A stretch of 64,000 nucleotides of DNA, taken from an uncultured delta proteobacterium. Its GTDB lineage: Bacteria > Myxococcota > Myxococcia > Myxococcales > Myxococcaceae. Made by a program: the position numbers and the translations under genes. The notes under the pieces are model-generated. The model was not told the origin of the DNA and did no database searches. It saw only the letters and a program-made list of their open reading frames with translations. Positions 30,377 to 41,059 of this stretch are shown here, one piece after another; within the stretch, counting starts at the first letter, position 1; every line of letters starts with the position of its first letter. The DNA is taken from positions 480,001 through 544,000 of the forward strand of contig CAVQKE010000003.1 in NCBI GenBank assembly GCA_963713045.1, written 5' to 3'.

Positions 30377-32770
30377 ATGAGCGTTGGAATTCGAAAAGTC
30401 GCGGTCCTCGGAGCAGGCGTCATGGGCAGTGGGATTGCGGCCCATGTCGCCAACGCCGGGCTTCCGGTGTTGATGCTGGACATGGTGCCTCCTCAGCCGG
30501 GGCCCAAGGACGACCCCAAGTCCCGGGCCTTCCGCAACCGATTCCCCTTGGCAGCCCTGGCGAATTTGAAGAAGCAGCGGCCAGCCCCCCTCTACAGCCT
30601 GGCCGCGCTGGACCTCATCGAGGTGGGAAACTTCGAGGACGACTTGGCTCGCGTCGCCGAGTGTGACTGGGTGGTGGAGGTGGTGAAGGAAGAGCTCGGC
30701 GTGAAGCAAGCGCTTTTCGCCCGGGTGGAGCCGCTGCTTCGGCCCGGCACCGTCATCAGCTCCAACACGTCGGGGCTCTCCATCGTCGGCATGCTCGACG
30801 GACGTGGCCCAGCCTTCCGAAAGAATTTCCTCGTCACCCACTTCTTCAACCCGGTCCGCTACATGAGGCTGTTGGAGTTGGTGCCCGGCAAGGAGACCGA
30901 CCCGGCGGTGTTGGAGCGGATGGCGCGCTTCGGCGAGGAAGTGCTCGGCAAGGGCATTGTCTACGCCAAGGACTCCACCAACTTCATCGCCAACCGGGTG
31001 GGGACCTACGGAATGCTCCGCGTGCTGGCCGAGCTTCAGAAGGCCGAGCTGACGGTGGAAGAAGTGGACAAGATTTTTGGTCCGGCCCTGGGCCGCCCGA
31101 AGAGCGCGGTGTTCCGCACCACCGACATTGTCGGTCTCGACACCTTCGTCCACGTCGCGAAGAATTGCTACGACACGCTGCCCAAGGATGAGGAGCGCGA
31201 GACATTCCGCGTTCCCGCCTTCGTCGAGCAGATGGTCCAGAAGGGCATGCTTGGCGACAAGAGCGGCATGGGCTTCTACAAGCTGGTCCGCAAGCCGGAT
31301 GGGGAGAAGGAGATTCTGGTCCTCGACTTGGCCACCTTCAGCTACCGGCCCCAGGCCAAAGTGCGCTTCGAGTCGCTGGGGGCGGCCCGCAACATTGACG
31401 ATGTTGCCGAGCGCATCCGCACCGTCCTCACCGGCACCGACAAGGCCGCACGCTTTGCCGAGCGGGTGACGCTGGACACCCTGGCCTATGCCAGCCGCCG
31501 CATTCCCGAGATTTCTGATGACTTGGTGAACATCGACCGGGCCCTGCGCTGGGGCTTTGCCTGGGACCTCGGGCCATTCCAGGTGTGGGACGCCTACGGG
31601 GTCCGTCAGGGCGTCGCGCGAATGAAGGAGCTCAGCATCAAGCCAGCGGCCTGGGTGGAGGCAATGCTCGCCGCAGGACGGGAAAGCTTCTACGGCGTGG
31701 AGGGGATTCGGGACACGGCCTGGGACATCCCCTCTCAAAAGTCCAAGGTGGTGCCGGAAAACCCACGGACACTGCGGGTGGAGTACCTGCGCCGGGGCAA
31801 CAAGCGCGTCGCGACCAATGACTCGGCCTCCCTGTGGGACGCCGGCGACGGCATCTTCCTGCTCGAGTTTCACTCGAAGATGAATGCGCTCGACGACGCC
31901 ATCGTTGCCATGATGCACACCGCGCTTGACCGCACCGAAGGCGAGGGCCGCGGCCTGGTCATCGGCAACGACGGGGCCCATTTTTCCGCCGGCGCCAACC
32001 TGATGGCGCTGCTGATGGCCATCCGAAGCGACGACCTGGCCTCGGTGGCCAAGCTGGTGGAGGCCTTCCAAACGGTGAACCAGCGAATGCGCTACAGCCC
32101 GATTCCGGTGGTGGCCGCTCCCTTCGGGCTCACCTTGGGCGGCGGTGCTGAGGTGTGCCTGGGGGCCAATGCCATTCAGGCCGCGGCCGAGCTCTACATG
32201 GGGCTGGTCGAGGTGGGAGCTGGCCTCATTCCGGGAGGCGGCGGCAACATGCAGCTGCTTCGAAACATGTACGGGCCCTTCGCCACCGACCGGGACTTTG
32301 ACCCGCTGCCGTTTTTGAAGAAGGCCTTCCTAACCATCGGCACCGCCAAGGTGGGCACCAGCGCCGAGGAGGCGCGCGAGGCCAACTTCCTCTCCCGGCA
32401 GGACGGCATCTCCCTCAACCGGGACTTCCTGTTGGCCGACGCCAAAGCACGCGCGCTGGGCATGGCCAACGCCGGCTTCCGGCCGCCACGGCCGACGCAC
32501 TTCCGGTTGCCCGGGCGCAGCGGCGCGGCCACCATCGACATGATGCTGTACGACATGGAAACCAACAACCAAATCTCCGCCTACGACCGGCACGTCGGGC
32601 AGAAGCTGGCCACCGTGCTTACTGGTGGGGACGTCTCGATGAGCAACCCGGTGTCCGAGGAAACGCTGCTGGAGCTCGAGCGCGAGGCCTTCCTCTCCCT
32701 GTGCGGAGAGGAGAAGACGCAGGCCCGGATGGCCCACCTTTTGGAAACCGGCAAGCCGCTGCGCAACTGA
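30377..32770 (+). CDS. fadN: 3-hydroxyacyl-CoA dehydrogenase / enoyl-CoA hydratase (FadN-type, dehydrogenase N-terminal)
   Basis: GAGVMGSGIA, SSNTSGL, HFFNPVRYM, FIANRVG, FSAGANL, LGGGAE, GLVEVGAGLIP; C-terminal GKPLRN. Confidence 0.92.
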   Translation: MSVGIRKVAVLGAGVMGSGIAAHVANAGLPVLMLDMVPPQPGPKDDPKSRAFRNRFPLAALANLKKQRPAPLYSLAALDLIEVGNFEDDLARVAECDWVVEVVKEELGVKQALFARVEPLLRPGTVISSNTSGLSIVGMLDGRGPAFRKNFLVTHFFNPVRYMRLLELVPGKETDPAVLERMARFGEEVLGKGIVYAKDSTNFIANRVGTYGMLRVLAELQKAELTVEEVDKIFGPALGRPKSAVFRTTDIVGLDTFVHVAKNCYDTLPKDEERETFRVPAFVEQMVQKGMLGDKSGMGFYKLVRKPDGEKEILVLDLATFSYRPQAKVRFESLGAARNIDDVAERIRTVLTGTDKAARFAERVTLDTLAYASRRIPEISDDLVNIDRALRWGFAWDLGPFQVWDAYGVRQGVARMKELSIKPAAWVEAMLAAGRESFYGVEGIRDTAWDIPSQKSKVVPENPRTLRVEYLRRGNKRVATNDSASLWDAGDGIFLLEFHSKMNALDDAIVAMMHTALDRTEGEGRGLVIGNDGAHFSAGANLMALLMAIRSDDLASVAKLVEAFQTVNQRMRYSPIPVVAAPFGLTLGGGAEVCLGANAIQAAAELYMGLVEVGAGLIPGGGGNMQLLRNMYGPFATDRDFDPLPFLKKAFLTIGTAKVGTSAEEAREANFLSRQDGISLNRDFLLADAKARALGMANAGFRPPRPTHFRLPGRSGAATIDMMLYDMETNNQISAYDRHVGQKLATVLTGGDVSMSNPVSEETLLELEREAFLSLCGEEKTQARMAHLLETGKPLRN

Positions 32771-32808
32771 TGGGCCAGCGTTAACAACCCGTTCTCGAGG
32801 AGACTCCC

Positions 32809-33978
32809 ATGGCCGGCAAAGTCGTCATCGCCAGTGCAGCACGCACCCCCTTCACCCGCGCACTGAAGGGCGAATTCAAGGACACCCGGCCGGACACACT
32901 GGCCGCAGTGGCCATCGCCGAGGCGCTGAAGCGGGTTCCCGGCCTGAAGCCGTCCGACGTCGACGACGTCATCATCGGCTGCGCCATGCCGGAGGGCGAG
33001 CAGGGGATGAATGTCGCCCGCCTGTCGTCGCTGTTGGCCGGGCTTCCCGACAGTGTGCCGGCGATGACCATCAACCGTTTCTGCTCCTCGGGCGTGCAGT
33101 CGGTGGCCCAGGCGGCGCAGAGCATCGCTGCCGGAATGTACGAGGTGGCGGTGGCCGGGGGCACCGAGTCGATGAGCATGGTGCCGATGGGCGGCAACAA
33201 AGTGTCCGCCAACCCCGAGCTGATGGAGAGGTACCCGGAGGTTTACATCTCGATGGGTGCGACCGCGGAAAACGTCGCCCAACGCTTCGAGGTGACGCGC
33301 GCGCAGCAGGACGCTTTCGCGTACGAAAGCCAGCGCCGGGCGGCCAACGCCCGAGAAAAGGGCCTCTTCCGCGACGAGATTGTCAGCGTCACCACCGAAG
33401 TCTTCGACGAAGCGGGGAAGCCGCACACCGCCACCATTGACGTGGACACCATTCTCCGGCCGGACACGACGCTGGAAGGGCTGGCCAAGCTCAAGCCCGC
33501 CTTCAACCCCAAGGGCACGGTGACCGCCGGCAACGCTTCGCCCCTTACCGACGGGGCGGCGGCGCTGGTGGTGATGAGCGAGGCGCGCGCCCAGGCCCTC
33601 GGCGTCAAGCCGCTGGGGACCTTCATCGACTACCAGGTGGCGGGCGTCCCTCCGGAAATCATGGGCATCGGCCCGGTGCCGGCAGTCCGCAAGCTGCTCG
33701 CCAAGAATAAGCTTTCGGTGAAGGACATCGACGTCTTCGAGTTAAATGAAGCTTTCGCGGCCCAAGCCTTGTACTGCATCCGCGAGCTGGGGCTGCCGCC
33801 GGAACGGGTCAATCCCAATGGCGGGGCCATTGCCCTCGGCCACCCCCTGGGCGTCAGTGGTGCGCGGATGACGGGCACCTTGTTGCGCGAGCTGAAGCGG
33901 CGTGGAGGCCGCTACGGCGTCGTCACCATGTGCATCGGTGGCGGCATGGGCGCCGCCGCCCTCTTCGAAGTCAGCTAG
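32809..33978 (+). CDS. fadA: Acetyl-CoA C-acyltransferase (thiolase)
   Basis: [31 protein letters not shown]. Confidence 0.95.
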   Translation: MAGKVVIASAARTPFTRALKGEFKDTRPDTLAAVAIAEALKRVPGLKPSDVDDVIIGCAMPEGEQGMNVARLSSLLAGLPDSVPAMTINRFCSSGVQSVAQAAQSIAAGMYEVAVAGGTESMSMVPMGGNKVSANPELMERYPEVYISMGATAENVAQRFEVTRAQQDAFAYESQRRAANAREKGLFRDEIVSVTTEVFDEAGKPHTATIDVDTILRPDTTLEGLAKLKPAFNPKGTVTAGNASPLTDGAAALVVMSEARAQALGVKPLGTFIDYQVAGVPPEIMGIGPVPAVRKLLAKNKLSVKDIDVFELNEAFAAQALYCIRELGLPPERVNPNGGAIALGHPLGVSGARMTGTLLRELKRRGGRYGVVTMCIGGGMGAAALFEVS

Positions 33979-33990
33979 CCTCGCGAGGCC

Positions 33991-34470
33991 TCACGGCTTC
34001 GGGGCCGCCTGCTCGGGGTGGTGCAAATACAGCGAATGGCAGCTGATGCAGACCTGCATCATGTTGCCAAAGGCCGTGGCCAGCGCGGCGTTGTCGCCGC
34101 TGCGGGAGGCCTGAGCTAGGCTCGCCGTGCGCTCACGCAGCAGCCCCTCGAGGTACTGAAACCTCCGTTGCGCCGCCGTCAGGCGGGCAGTCCCGCCATC
34201 CTCAGCTGGAAGCCCTGTATCGATGGCAATCTCCTTGGCCACCCTCTCGACGTTGTCTCGTTGAAGCAAGGTCACGGCAAGCGTCAACTCCATCAGGGCT
34301 GCGCCGTGCCGGTTCATCCGACGTTGCACCACCGAACGGCCGTCGGTGGGCACGACGTCGGCAGGCATGGGGAGGGCATTCTCCGTGGGCGAGGCGGGCG
34401 CTTGGGCACGGGCATCCCCCACCAGCAACGCGAGGAGCACGCAGGACAATTGCAGGCGCTTGTTGGGCAT
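33991..34470 (-). CDS. Class II (c'-like, four-helix) cytochrome c
   Basis: Signal peptide; helical body; single C-terminal CISCH haem-binding motif. Confidence 0.75.
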   Translation of the reverse strand: MPNKRLQLSCVLLALLVGDARAQAPASPTENALPMPADVVPTDGRSVVQRRMNRHGAALMELTLAVTLLQRDNVERVAKEIAIDTGLPAEDGGTARLTAAQRRFQYLEGLLRERTASLAQASRSGDNAALATAFGNMMQVCISCHSLYLHHPEQAAPKP

Positions 34471-34608
34471 GGGCCGGTACTCCAATCGACCTTGGCTCCC
34501 GGGACAAGCCCGGGGCGCACCGGGGGCATCAACGCGGTCCGGGCCCCCTCCTCCTCAACCACCCGGTGGACTTCAACGCGGGGCGCAGAGAGCAGCCCCG
34601 GGGCGGAT

Positions 34609-35169
34609 TCATTGGTAACACTGGCTCGCGCCTTGGACTGCGTTGGACGTGTCGCACACCGGGGCATTGAAGGTTCCGCTGAGCGTCCCAGCGGTGCCAA
34701 AGCCAGCGTCGAAGGTCCCCGCCATGCCGCTCAAGTCGTCGGCCAAAAAGGTCATCACGACGGCGCCGGCGTCGGCCGTCAGCACCGGGGACACGACGCA
34801 GTTGGTGACGGTGCCGTAGCTGACTTGAGCGGAGGCATTGGCCCCGTAGGCGTCGGTGACCGGGTAGATGCCGGGGGCCGGATTGACCGACCCGGTGCCA
34901 ATGGAGTTGGAGAGGGTGACGGTGGCGTAGGTGAGGTTGGCCGGGTAGCCAGCGAGGTTTTGCTGAAGGATGGAGCAGTAGCCCAGCCGGTCGGCCGCAA
35001 TCAGCACGAAGTCGTAGTCGCCGTTGGCCTGGGCACTCGGCAGGAAGAAGACATCCTCCGGCGCAAACGGAACTCCGTTGATGGTGCCCCACTGGGGAGC
35101 TGGCCCCATGGTGACGCTCTCACAGCCGAGGAGACAAACCAGTGCAATGCCGACCCACCAGCCTTTCAT
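34609..35169 (-). CDS. Hypothetical lipoprotein
   Basis: MKGWWVGIALVCLLGC lipobox; GGAGG upstream; beta-rich body with Cys residues. Confidence 0.75.
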   Translation of the reverse strand: MKGWWVGIALVCLLGCESVTMGPAPQWGTINGVPFAPEDVFFLPSAQANGDYDFVLIAADRLGYCSILQQNLAGYPANLTYATVTLSNSIGTGSVNPAPGIYPVTDAYGANASAQVSYGTVTNCVVSPVLTADAGAVVMTFLADDLSGMAGTFDAGFGTAGTLSGTFNAPVCDTSNAVQGASQCYQ

Positions 35170-35240
35170 TGACCCTCCGTCCAAGGCACGAGGGACGAAT
35201 TAGCCACCCTAGTCCATTGACTGCAACGGCCCCGGCCGCC

Positions 35241-36680
35241 TCAAGCCGCCTCGTTGGAGGACTTGCTGGAGGTGAGCGCCGGCATTTCCATCTGCCGGAC
35301 GAGGTTCTCCACTGGCTGCAGCTGTGGGACCTCCTCGCTTGCGCCTCCCGCGCCGAGGTCGCGCAGTTTGCGGGCGCTGGGCAACACCCGGCTTTCCAGC
35401 GAGCCCACCGCCTTGTTGTAGACCTCGACGCTTTTGCCCAGCTGGGCTCCGAGGGCCTGGAGGTGGCTGGCGACGGTCCGGATGCGGTCGTGCAGCTCGC
35501 GCCCCAGACGTTGAATGGTCCGTGCGTGCTCAGCCGCCTGCTCCTGCCGCCAGCCGTAGGCCACCGCCCGAAGCAACGCGATGAGGGTGGTGGGTGAGGC
35601 GGGGATGACGTTCTGCTGGGCGCCGAATTCGATGAGGTCCGGGTCTCGCTCGAGCGCTGCTGAGAAGAAGGCCTCTCCGGGGAGAAACATGACGACGAAC
35701 TCGGGGGCCGACGCAAACTGCGCGGCGTAGCCCTTGTCGGCCAGCGCCCGCATGTGGCGGCGAGTCTGCGCCGCATGCTCCGCGAGCTTCAGGGCGCGGA
35801 GGGTTTCATCCGCCGTCTCATGAGCGTCCAGGTAGGCTTCAAGGGGGGCCTTGCTGTCTACCACCACCTGCTTGCCGCCGGGGAGTTGCACCACCAGGTC
35901 CGGACGAAGCCGCCCGCCCTCAGCTTCCACGTGAAGTTGCTCGACGAAGTCGCAGTGCGCCAGCATGCCTGCCAACTCCACCACGCGCTTCAATTGAATT
36001 TCGCCCCAACGGCCCCGGACGGAGGACGAGCGCAGCGCCCCGACCAGGCGCTCGGTTTGCACTTTCAGCTGGCTGTTGGCCTCGGCCACGCCTCGCAGCT
36101 GCTGGTTGAGCGCGCCGTAAGCTAAGGCGCGGCCCTTCTCCAGCTCCAGCACTTGGCCGCCCATTTTTTCAAGCTGCTCTTTGAGGGGAGCCACCAGCTC
36201 GCCCACCGCCGTGGAGCGCGCCTCCAGCTCCGACTTGGCCCCCTCCTGGTACCTCTCCAGCGTCGTCTTGGCCAAGTCCAGGAAGGCCTGGTTGTTGGAC
36301 TGGAGCGCATCGAGTGACAGCGCTTTGAATTGCTGGACCAGCTGCTCCTGGGCCTGGCTGAGCAACTGCAGCTTCTCCTCTGCGGCCCGCAACTCCTCGG
36401 CGCGTTTCGCCTCCAGGCCGGCCAGGTGCGACTCAGCCAGGGCCCGCGCCTCTGCCAAGCGGGCCGTGTCGGCGCGGGCGCCAGCCAACTCGACCTCAAG
36501 CCGGCCGCAGCGCTCGTCACGGGCCCGGAGCCGCTCGCCCGCGGCAGCCAGTTCCACTTGGAGGCGGCCGCGTTCCTCCGCGGTCACCTGGACCAGCCGC
36601 GCCCGGCCCAGCACCCAGGCAAACAACCCCACCGCCACCGTCGCCAAGGCGCCGACGGCCTCGACCAGCCAGCTTTCCAT
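35241..36680 (-). CDS. rmuC: DNA recombination protein RmuC
   Basis: N-terminal TM and coiled coil; RGRWGEIQL, RPDLVVQLPGG, VDSKAPL, FVVMFLPGE, ASPTTLIALLR. Confidence 0.93.
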   Translation of the reverse strand: MESWLVEAVGALATVAVGLFAWVLGRARLVQVTAEERGRLQVELAAAGERLRARDERCGRLEVELAGARADTARLAEARALAESHLAGLEAKRAEELRAAEEKLQLLSQAQEQLVQQFKALSLDALQSNNQAFLDLAKTTLERYQEGAKSELEARSTAVGELVAPLKEQLEKMGGQVLELEKGRALAYGALNQQLRGVAEANSQLKVQTERLVGALRSSSVRGRWGEIQLKRVVELAGMLAHCDFVEQLHVEAEGGRLRPDLVVQLPGGKQVVVDSKAPLEAYLDAHETADETLRALKLAEHAAQTRRHMRALADKGYAAQFASAPEFVVMFLPGEAFFSAALERDPDLIEFGAQQNVIPASPTTLIALLRAVAYGWRQEQAAEHARTIQRLGRELHDRIRTVASHLQALGAQLGKSVEVYNKAVGSLESRVLPSARKLRDLGAGGASEEVPQLQPVENLVRQMEMPALTSSKSSNEAA

Positions 36681-36820
36681 ACCGTGAAACGGTAACTGCT
36701 GCCTCCGACACCCCCCGGGCGGCGCCAAGCGTGCTGGCAGTCGGCCCGTCGGAATTGTATGCCCCCCCGGGCCGTTCTCAGCCCCTGCACCCAACCCCTC
36801 GCCAAGGACTGCTGACCCGG

Positions 36821-39592
36821 ATGCGCCTGTTCGCCCTTGCTGTCGCCTCGCTCCTCTGTGCTGCCCCCAGTGTTGCGCAGCCAGTTCCACAGGCAGCGGC
36901 CAAGTCCAGCGCCTCGCGGCCCAAGCCCCTGGCGGCCCCCCAGCGCGTCACTTCGGTGGAGGGAATTACCGAGTACCGGCTGGCCAACGGGCTCCGGGTG
37001 CTCCTCTTCCCAGACGTCTCCAAGCCCTCCATCACGGTCAACCTCACCTACCTGGTTGGCTCGCGCCTGGAGAGTTACGGCGAGACGGGCATGGCGCACC
37101 TGCTCGAGCACCTCCTCTTCAAGGGGACGCCCTCTCACCCCGACCCGGCGAAGACGCTCAACGCGCTCGGTGCGCACTTCAATGCCAGCACGTCACAGGA
37201 CCGAACCAACTACTACGTCACCTTCCCAGCGAGTGAAGCCAACCTCCAAACGGCACTTGGGCTCGAGGCCGACCGGATGGTGCACAGCTTCATCGCCCGA
37301 AAAGACCTCGACTCTGAGATGACTGTCGTCCGCAATGAATTCGAGTCCGGCGAGAACGACCCGGGAAGCGTCACGCTGCAGCGGATGGAGTCGGTGGCCT
37401 ACGACTGGCACAATTACGGGAAGCCCACCATTGGTGCCAAGAGTGACATCGAGCACGTCGACATCCCTCGGCTTCAGGCCTTCTACCGGAAGTATTACCA
37501 GCCGGACAACGCCGTCCTTCTCGTGGCAGGGCGCATCGACGAGGCGAAGACCCTGTCCCTGGTCAACCAGCTGTTCGGTCCCATCCCACGGCCGAAGCGC
37601 ACTCTCGAGAAGACCTACACCGTCGAGCCCACCCAGGACGGTGAGCGGAGTGTCACCGTGCGGCGGGTGGGAGGCACGCCTCTGGTCGCCGCCGGCTACC
37701 ACCTTCCGGCTCGGTCCGACCCGACTTCAGCGGCCGTCGGGCTGGCCATCCACATCCTCTCCAACACGCCAAGCGGCCGTCTACACCGGGCGCTGGTGGA
37801 CACGAAGCTGGCCTCGGACGTCTTTGGGGTGCCCTTCGGCGCGCTGGACCCGGGCTTCGTCATCTTCGGCGCCGAGCTCCCAGCAGGAGGGAAGGTGGAC
37901 CCAGCGCTCGAGGTCCTGCTGAACACGGTCGAACACACCGCCGGTGCGCCCTTCACGGCCATCGAATTGGACCGGGCCAAAGCCGAGGCGCTGAAAGAAT
38001 TCGAGTTGACCACAAGCCAGACCTCTCGGCTGGCCCTGGCCCTCAGTGAGGCGATGGCAGCTGGCGACTGGCGCCTCTTCTTCCTCAACCGCGACCGTCG
38101 AGAAAAAGCGACGCTGGCCGAAGTGCAGCAGGCGGCCGAGCATTATTTCAAGCCAAGTAACCGCACCGTCGGCATCTACCTGCCGACAGAGAAGCCTGAC
38201 CGCTCCGACGTTCCGCCAGTAGGCGACGTGGCCGCCATGGTGCAGAACTACGAAGGGCGTGCGCCCATCGCCCAAGGTGAGGCCTTCGACAGCTCTCCGG
38301 CCAACATCGACGCCCGCACCACGCGCTTCAGCGCTCCCAACGGGTTGAAGGGCGCGCTGTTGCCGAAAAAGACGAAGGGCGCTCTGGTCTCGGTGGATCT
38401 AACGCTTCGCTTTGGAACGGAAGCCACCCTCACCAACCTTGGAGAAGTCCCCGCTTTGGCAGCCGAGATGCTGCTTCGCGGCACGGCCTCGCATACGCGC
38501 GAGCAGCTGAAGGACGCGCTGGACAAGCTCAAGGCCCAGGTCAGCATCTACGGGAGCGCCGAGATGGCTCGCCTCAGCGTCACGACGGTGCGGGACAACC
38601 TAAACGCGGTGCTCACGCTGTTGGCTGAAGTCCTCCGCCAGCCATCCTTCCCGTCGCAAGAATTCGCTCTGCTCGTCTCCGAGGAGACAACGCAGCTGGA
38701 GCAAGCCAAGAGTGAGCCCGAGAGTGTGGCCAACGTCGCGCTTGAAAAGTACATGAGTCCCTACCCAGCGGGCAGCCCTCGCGAGGTCAGGACTCCGGAC
38801 GAATCCATCGCCAGCCTGAAGGCAGCGAAGGTGGAGCAAGTCCAGGCCTTCCACAAGAACTTCTACGGTGCGGACCATGCCACCTTTGCAGCGGTCGGCG
38901 ACTTCGATTCCGAGGAAGTCCAAGCGCTGGTGACGCGTCTTTTTGGAGACTGGAAGAGCGCCCAGCCCTACGTCCGAATCCCAGACCGGATGAAGCGAGT
39001 GAAGCCACTCGAGAAGCGCTTGGAGACGCCGGACAAGGCCAACGCTGCCTACTTCAGCGCCTATCCGGTGGCGCTCCAGGACAGCGACACGGACTACGCG
39101 GCCTTTTACATCTCCAACTGGCTCCTGGGCGGAGGGAGCCTCCAGAGCCGGCTGGCCGAGCGCGTGCGGAAGACGGATGGGTTGAGCTATGAGGTCGGCT
39201 CTGTCTTCGAGGCCAGCAGTTACGAGCCGGTGGGGCGCTGGCTGGGCTACGCCATCTACAACCCGGCCAACGTGGCCAAGCTGGAAACGGCCTTTCGCGA
39301 CGTCCTGGTCCAGACTTCCCAACAGGGCTTCACTCCGCAGGAACTCGACGACGGCCGCAAGGCGTGGCTGCAAGCCCGAGAGGTGTCCCGCACCCAGGAC
39401 GCGGCCCTGGCCGGCAAGTTGTCCCGTTATCTCAACCTCGGCCGCACGATGGCTTTCGACAGTCAGCTCGAGCAGCGGATGAAGGCGCTCAGCGCCGAGC
39501 AGGTGACGGCCGCCTTCCGCAAGTATTTGGACCCAGCCCAAGTCAGTGTGGTGGAGGCCGGCGACTTCGCGGCGAAGAAGCCCGGCAGCTGA
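36821..39592 (+). CDS. Secreted M16 (pitrilysin/PqqL-like) zinc protease
   Basis: Signal peptide; GMAHLLEHLLFKGT (HxxEH); YYQPDNAVL; SRLAERVRKTDGLSY. Confidence 0.93.
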   Translation: MRLFALAVASLLCAAPSVAQPVPQAAAKSSASRPKPLAAPQRVTSVEGITEYRLANGLRVLLFPDVSKPSITVNLTYLVGSRLESYGETGMAHLLEHLLFKGTPSHPDPAKTLNALGAHFNASTSQDRTNYYVTFPASEANLQTALGLEADRMVHSFIARKDLDSEMTVVRNEFESGENDPGSVTLQRMESVAYDWHNYGKPTIGAKSDIEHVDIPRLQAFYRKYYQPDNAVLLVAGRIDEAKTLSLVNQLFGPIPRPKRTLEKTYTVEPTQDGERSVTVRRVGGTPLVAAGYHLPARSDPTSAAVGLAIHILSNTPSGRLHRALVDTKLASDVFGVPFGALDPGFVIFGAELPAGGKVDPALEVLLNTVEHTAGAPFTAIELDRAKAEALKEFELTTSQTSRLALALSEAMAAGDWRLFFLNRDRREKATLAEVQQAAEHYFKPSNRTVGIYLPTEKPDRSDVPPVGDVAAMVQNYEGRAPIAQGEAFDSSPANIDARTTRFSAPNGLKGALLPKKTKGALVSVDLTLRFGTEATLTNLGEVPALAAEMLLRGTASHTREQLKDALDKLKAQVSIYGSAEMARLSVTTVRDNLNAVLTLLAEVLRQPSFPSQEFALLVSEETTQLEQAKSEPESVANVALEKYMSPYPAGSPREVRTPDESIASLKAAKVEQVQAFHKNFYGADHATFAAVGDFDSEEVQALVTRLFGDWKSAQPYVRIPDRMKRVKPLEKRLETPDKANAAYFSAYPVALQDSDTDYAAFYISNWLLGGGSLQSRLAERVRKTDGLSYEVGSVFEASSYEPVGRWLGYAIYNPANVAKLETAFRDVLVQTSQQGFTPQELDDGRKAWLQAREVSRTQDAALAGKLSRYLNLGRTMAFDSQLEQRMKALSAEQVTAAFRKYLDPAQVSVVEAGDFAAKKPGS

Positions 39593-39613
39593 GGGCCCTT
39601 TCGCCCAGAAGGC

Positions 39614-41026
39614 TTAGGACGGGGCCGGGTTGTGCCAACCTCCCACGTCCCGCGCCAGGCGGTCGGCTTCCGGAGGCCCCCAGCTGCCCTGGGGGTAAAT
39701 GTGGAGGGGCCGAGCGTCGTCAAGAATGGGGGTCACTGCCGCCCAAGCCGCTTCGACGGCGTCCTCCCGGACGAAGAGGATGGCGTCCCCATGCAGGGCG
39801 TCGGTGAGGAGCCTTTCATAAGCCTCCTCGTCTCCCTTCGGCGCCTTCACCGCCTCCAGCTCGACATTCATTCCGGCAATGGCGGCCCCCGGCTTCTTCA
39901 CCCGCGCCCCGAGGCTGAGCTGCATGTCCGGCCCCAAGCGGAAGCGGAAGTAGTTGGCGTCGTGCCGGAGCGTCACCTTCCGCAAGGGCGGCCGCCGCAA
40001 CCGCACCAGCACCTCGGTGGCCGTCACCGGCAGCTGCTTTCCGGCGCGGATGAGGAACGGCACACCATCCCACCGCCACAGCGCGACTTCCAACCGGACG
40101 GCGGCATACGTCTCCACAGTCGAACCCTTGGCGACACCGGGTTCGTCCTGGTAGCCCCGAAATTGGCCCCGCACCAAGTGGCCAGCCTCAATGGGCGGAA
40201 TGGCCCGCAGCACGTCGGCCATCTCGTTGCGGACCGACTCGGGATACAAGTCCGACGGCGGTTCCATGGCAAGAAAGGCCACCACCTGCAGCATGTGGTT
40301 TTGCACCACGTCCCGGATGCAGCCCGTCTCATCGTAAAACTTTCCGCGGCCTTGCACCCCGAAGGACTCGGCCATGGTGATTTGGACGCTTTCCACGTAG
40401 TTGCGGTTCCAGATGGGCTCGAGAAAGGTGTTGGCGAAGCGGAAGACGAGCAGGTTTTCCACCGTCTCCTTGCCCAGGTAGTGGTCGATGCGAAAAATAT
40501 TTTGCTCCGGAAATACCGAGTGGAGCGTGGCATTGAGAGCGCGGGCCGATTCGAGGTTGCGTCCAAAGGGCTTTTCCAGAATGACGCGCGCGCCCTGGGC
40601 ACACGCCGAGGCGCCCAGCGACTGGACAACGGTGGCGAACAGACTGGGCGGAATGGCCAGGTAGTGGGTGGGGTGGTGCGCGTCGCCCAGCACCTGGCGG
40701 AGCACAGCGAACGTCATCGGGTCCGCGTAGTCCCCGTCAATGTACCTGAGCTGGCTCACCAGCTTTGGGAAGGCCACCTTGTCCAGGCCGCCACCGTGCT
40801 GGGTGACGCTGTCGCGCGCGCGGGCGATGAACTGCTCGAGGGTGAAACCCGACTTGGCGACGCCCACCACTTGGCAGGGCAGCGTCCCGCGCCGCACCAT
40901 TTGCTGGAGGGCGGGAAATATCTTCTTGAAGGCCAGGTCACCGGTGGCGCCGAAGAAGACGAGGGCGTCTGAAACCTCTGCCGATTCCGACTTCGACGGG
41001 CTGCCGATGTGGTTGGGCTTGGACAT
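39614..41026 (-). CDS. zwf: Glucose-6-phosphate 1-dehydrogenase
   Basis: [40 protein letters not shown]. Confidence 0.96.
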   Translation of the reverse strand: MSKPNHIGSPSKSESAEVSDALVFFGATGDLAFKKIFPALQQMVRRGTLPCQVVGVAKSGFTLEQFIARARDSVTQHGGGLDKVAFPKLVSQLRYIDGDYADPMTFAVLRQVLGDAHHPTHYLAIPPSLFATVVQSLGASACAQGARVILEKPFGRNLESARALNATLHSVFPEQNIFRIDHYLGKETVENLLVFRFANTFLEPIWNRNYVESVQITMAESFGVQGRGKFYDETGCIRDVVQNHMLQVVAFLAMEPPSDLYPESVRNEMADVLRAIPPIEAGHLVRGQFRGYQDEPGVAKGSTVETYAAVRLEVALWRWDGVPFLIRAGKQLPVTATEVLVRLRRPPLRKVTLRHDANYFRFRLGPDMQLSLGARVKKPGAAIAGMNVELEAVKAPKGDEEAYERLLTDALHGDAILFVREDAVEAAWAAVTPILDDARPLHIYPQGSWGPPEADRLARDVGGWHNPAPS

Positions 41027-41059
41027 GCGGGCCAGCTTCGCTCGCCGCCGGTCCCGCCT

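Noticed and set aside
29777..32071. 764-aa minus-strand ORF (likewise 57130-59244, 12435-13850, 47891-49471, 39632-40972)
   Set aside because: Shadow ORFs opposite well-supported genes.
40756..41059. MFS ORF apparently extending into zwf
   Set aside because: Result of the frameshift near 41170; the natural MFS C-terminus ends at 41060.
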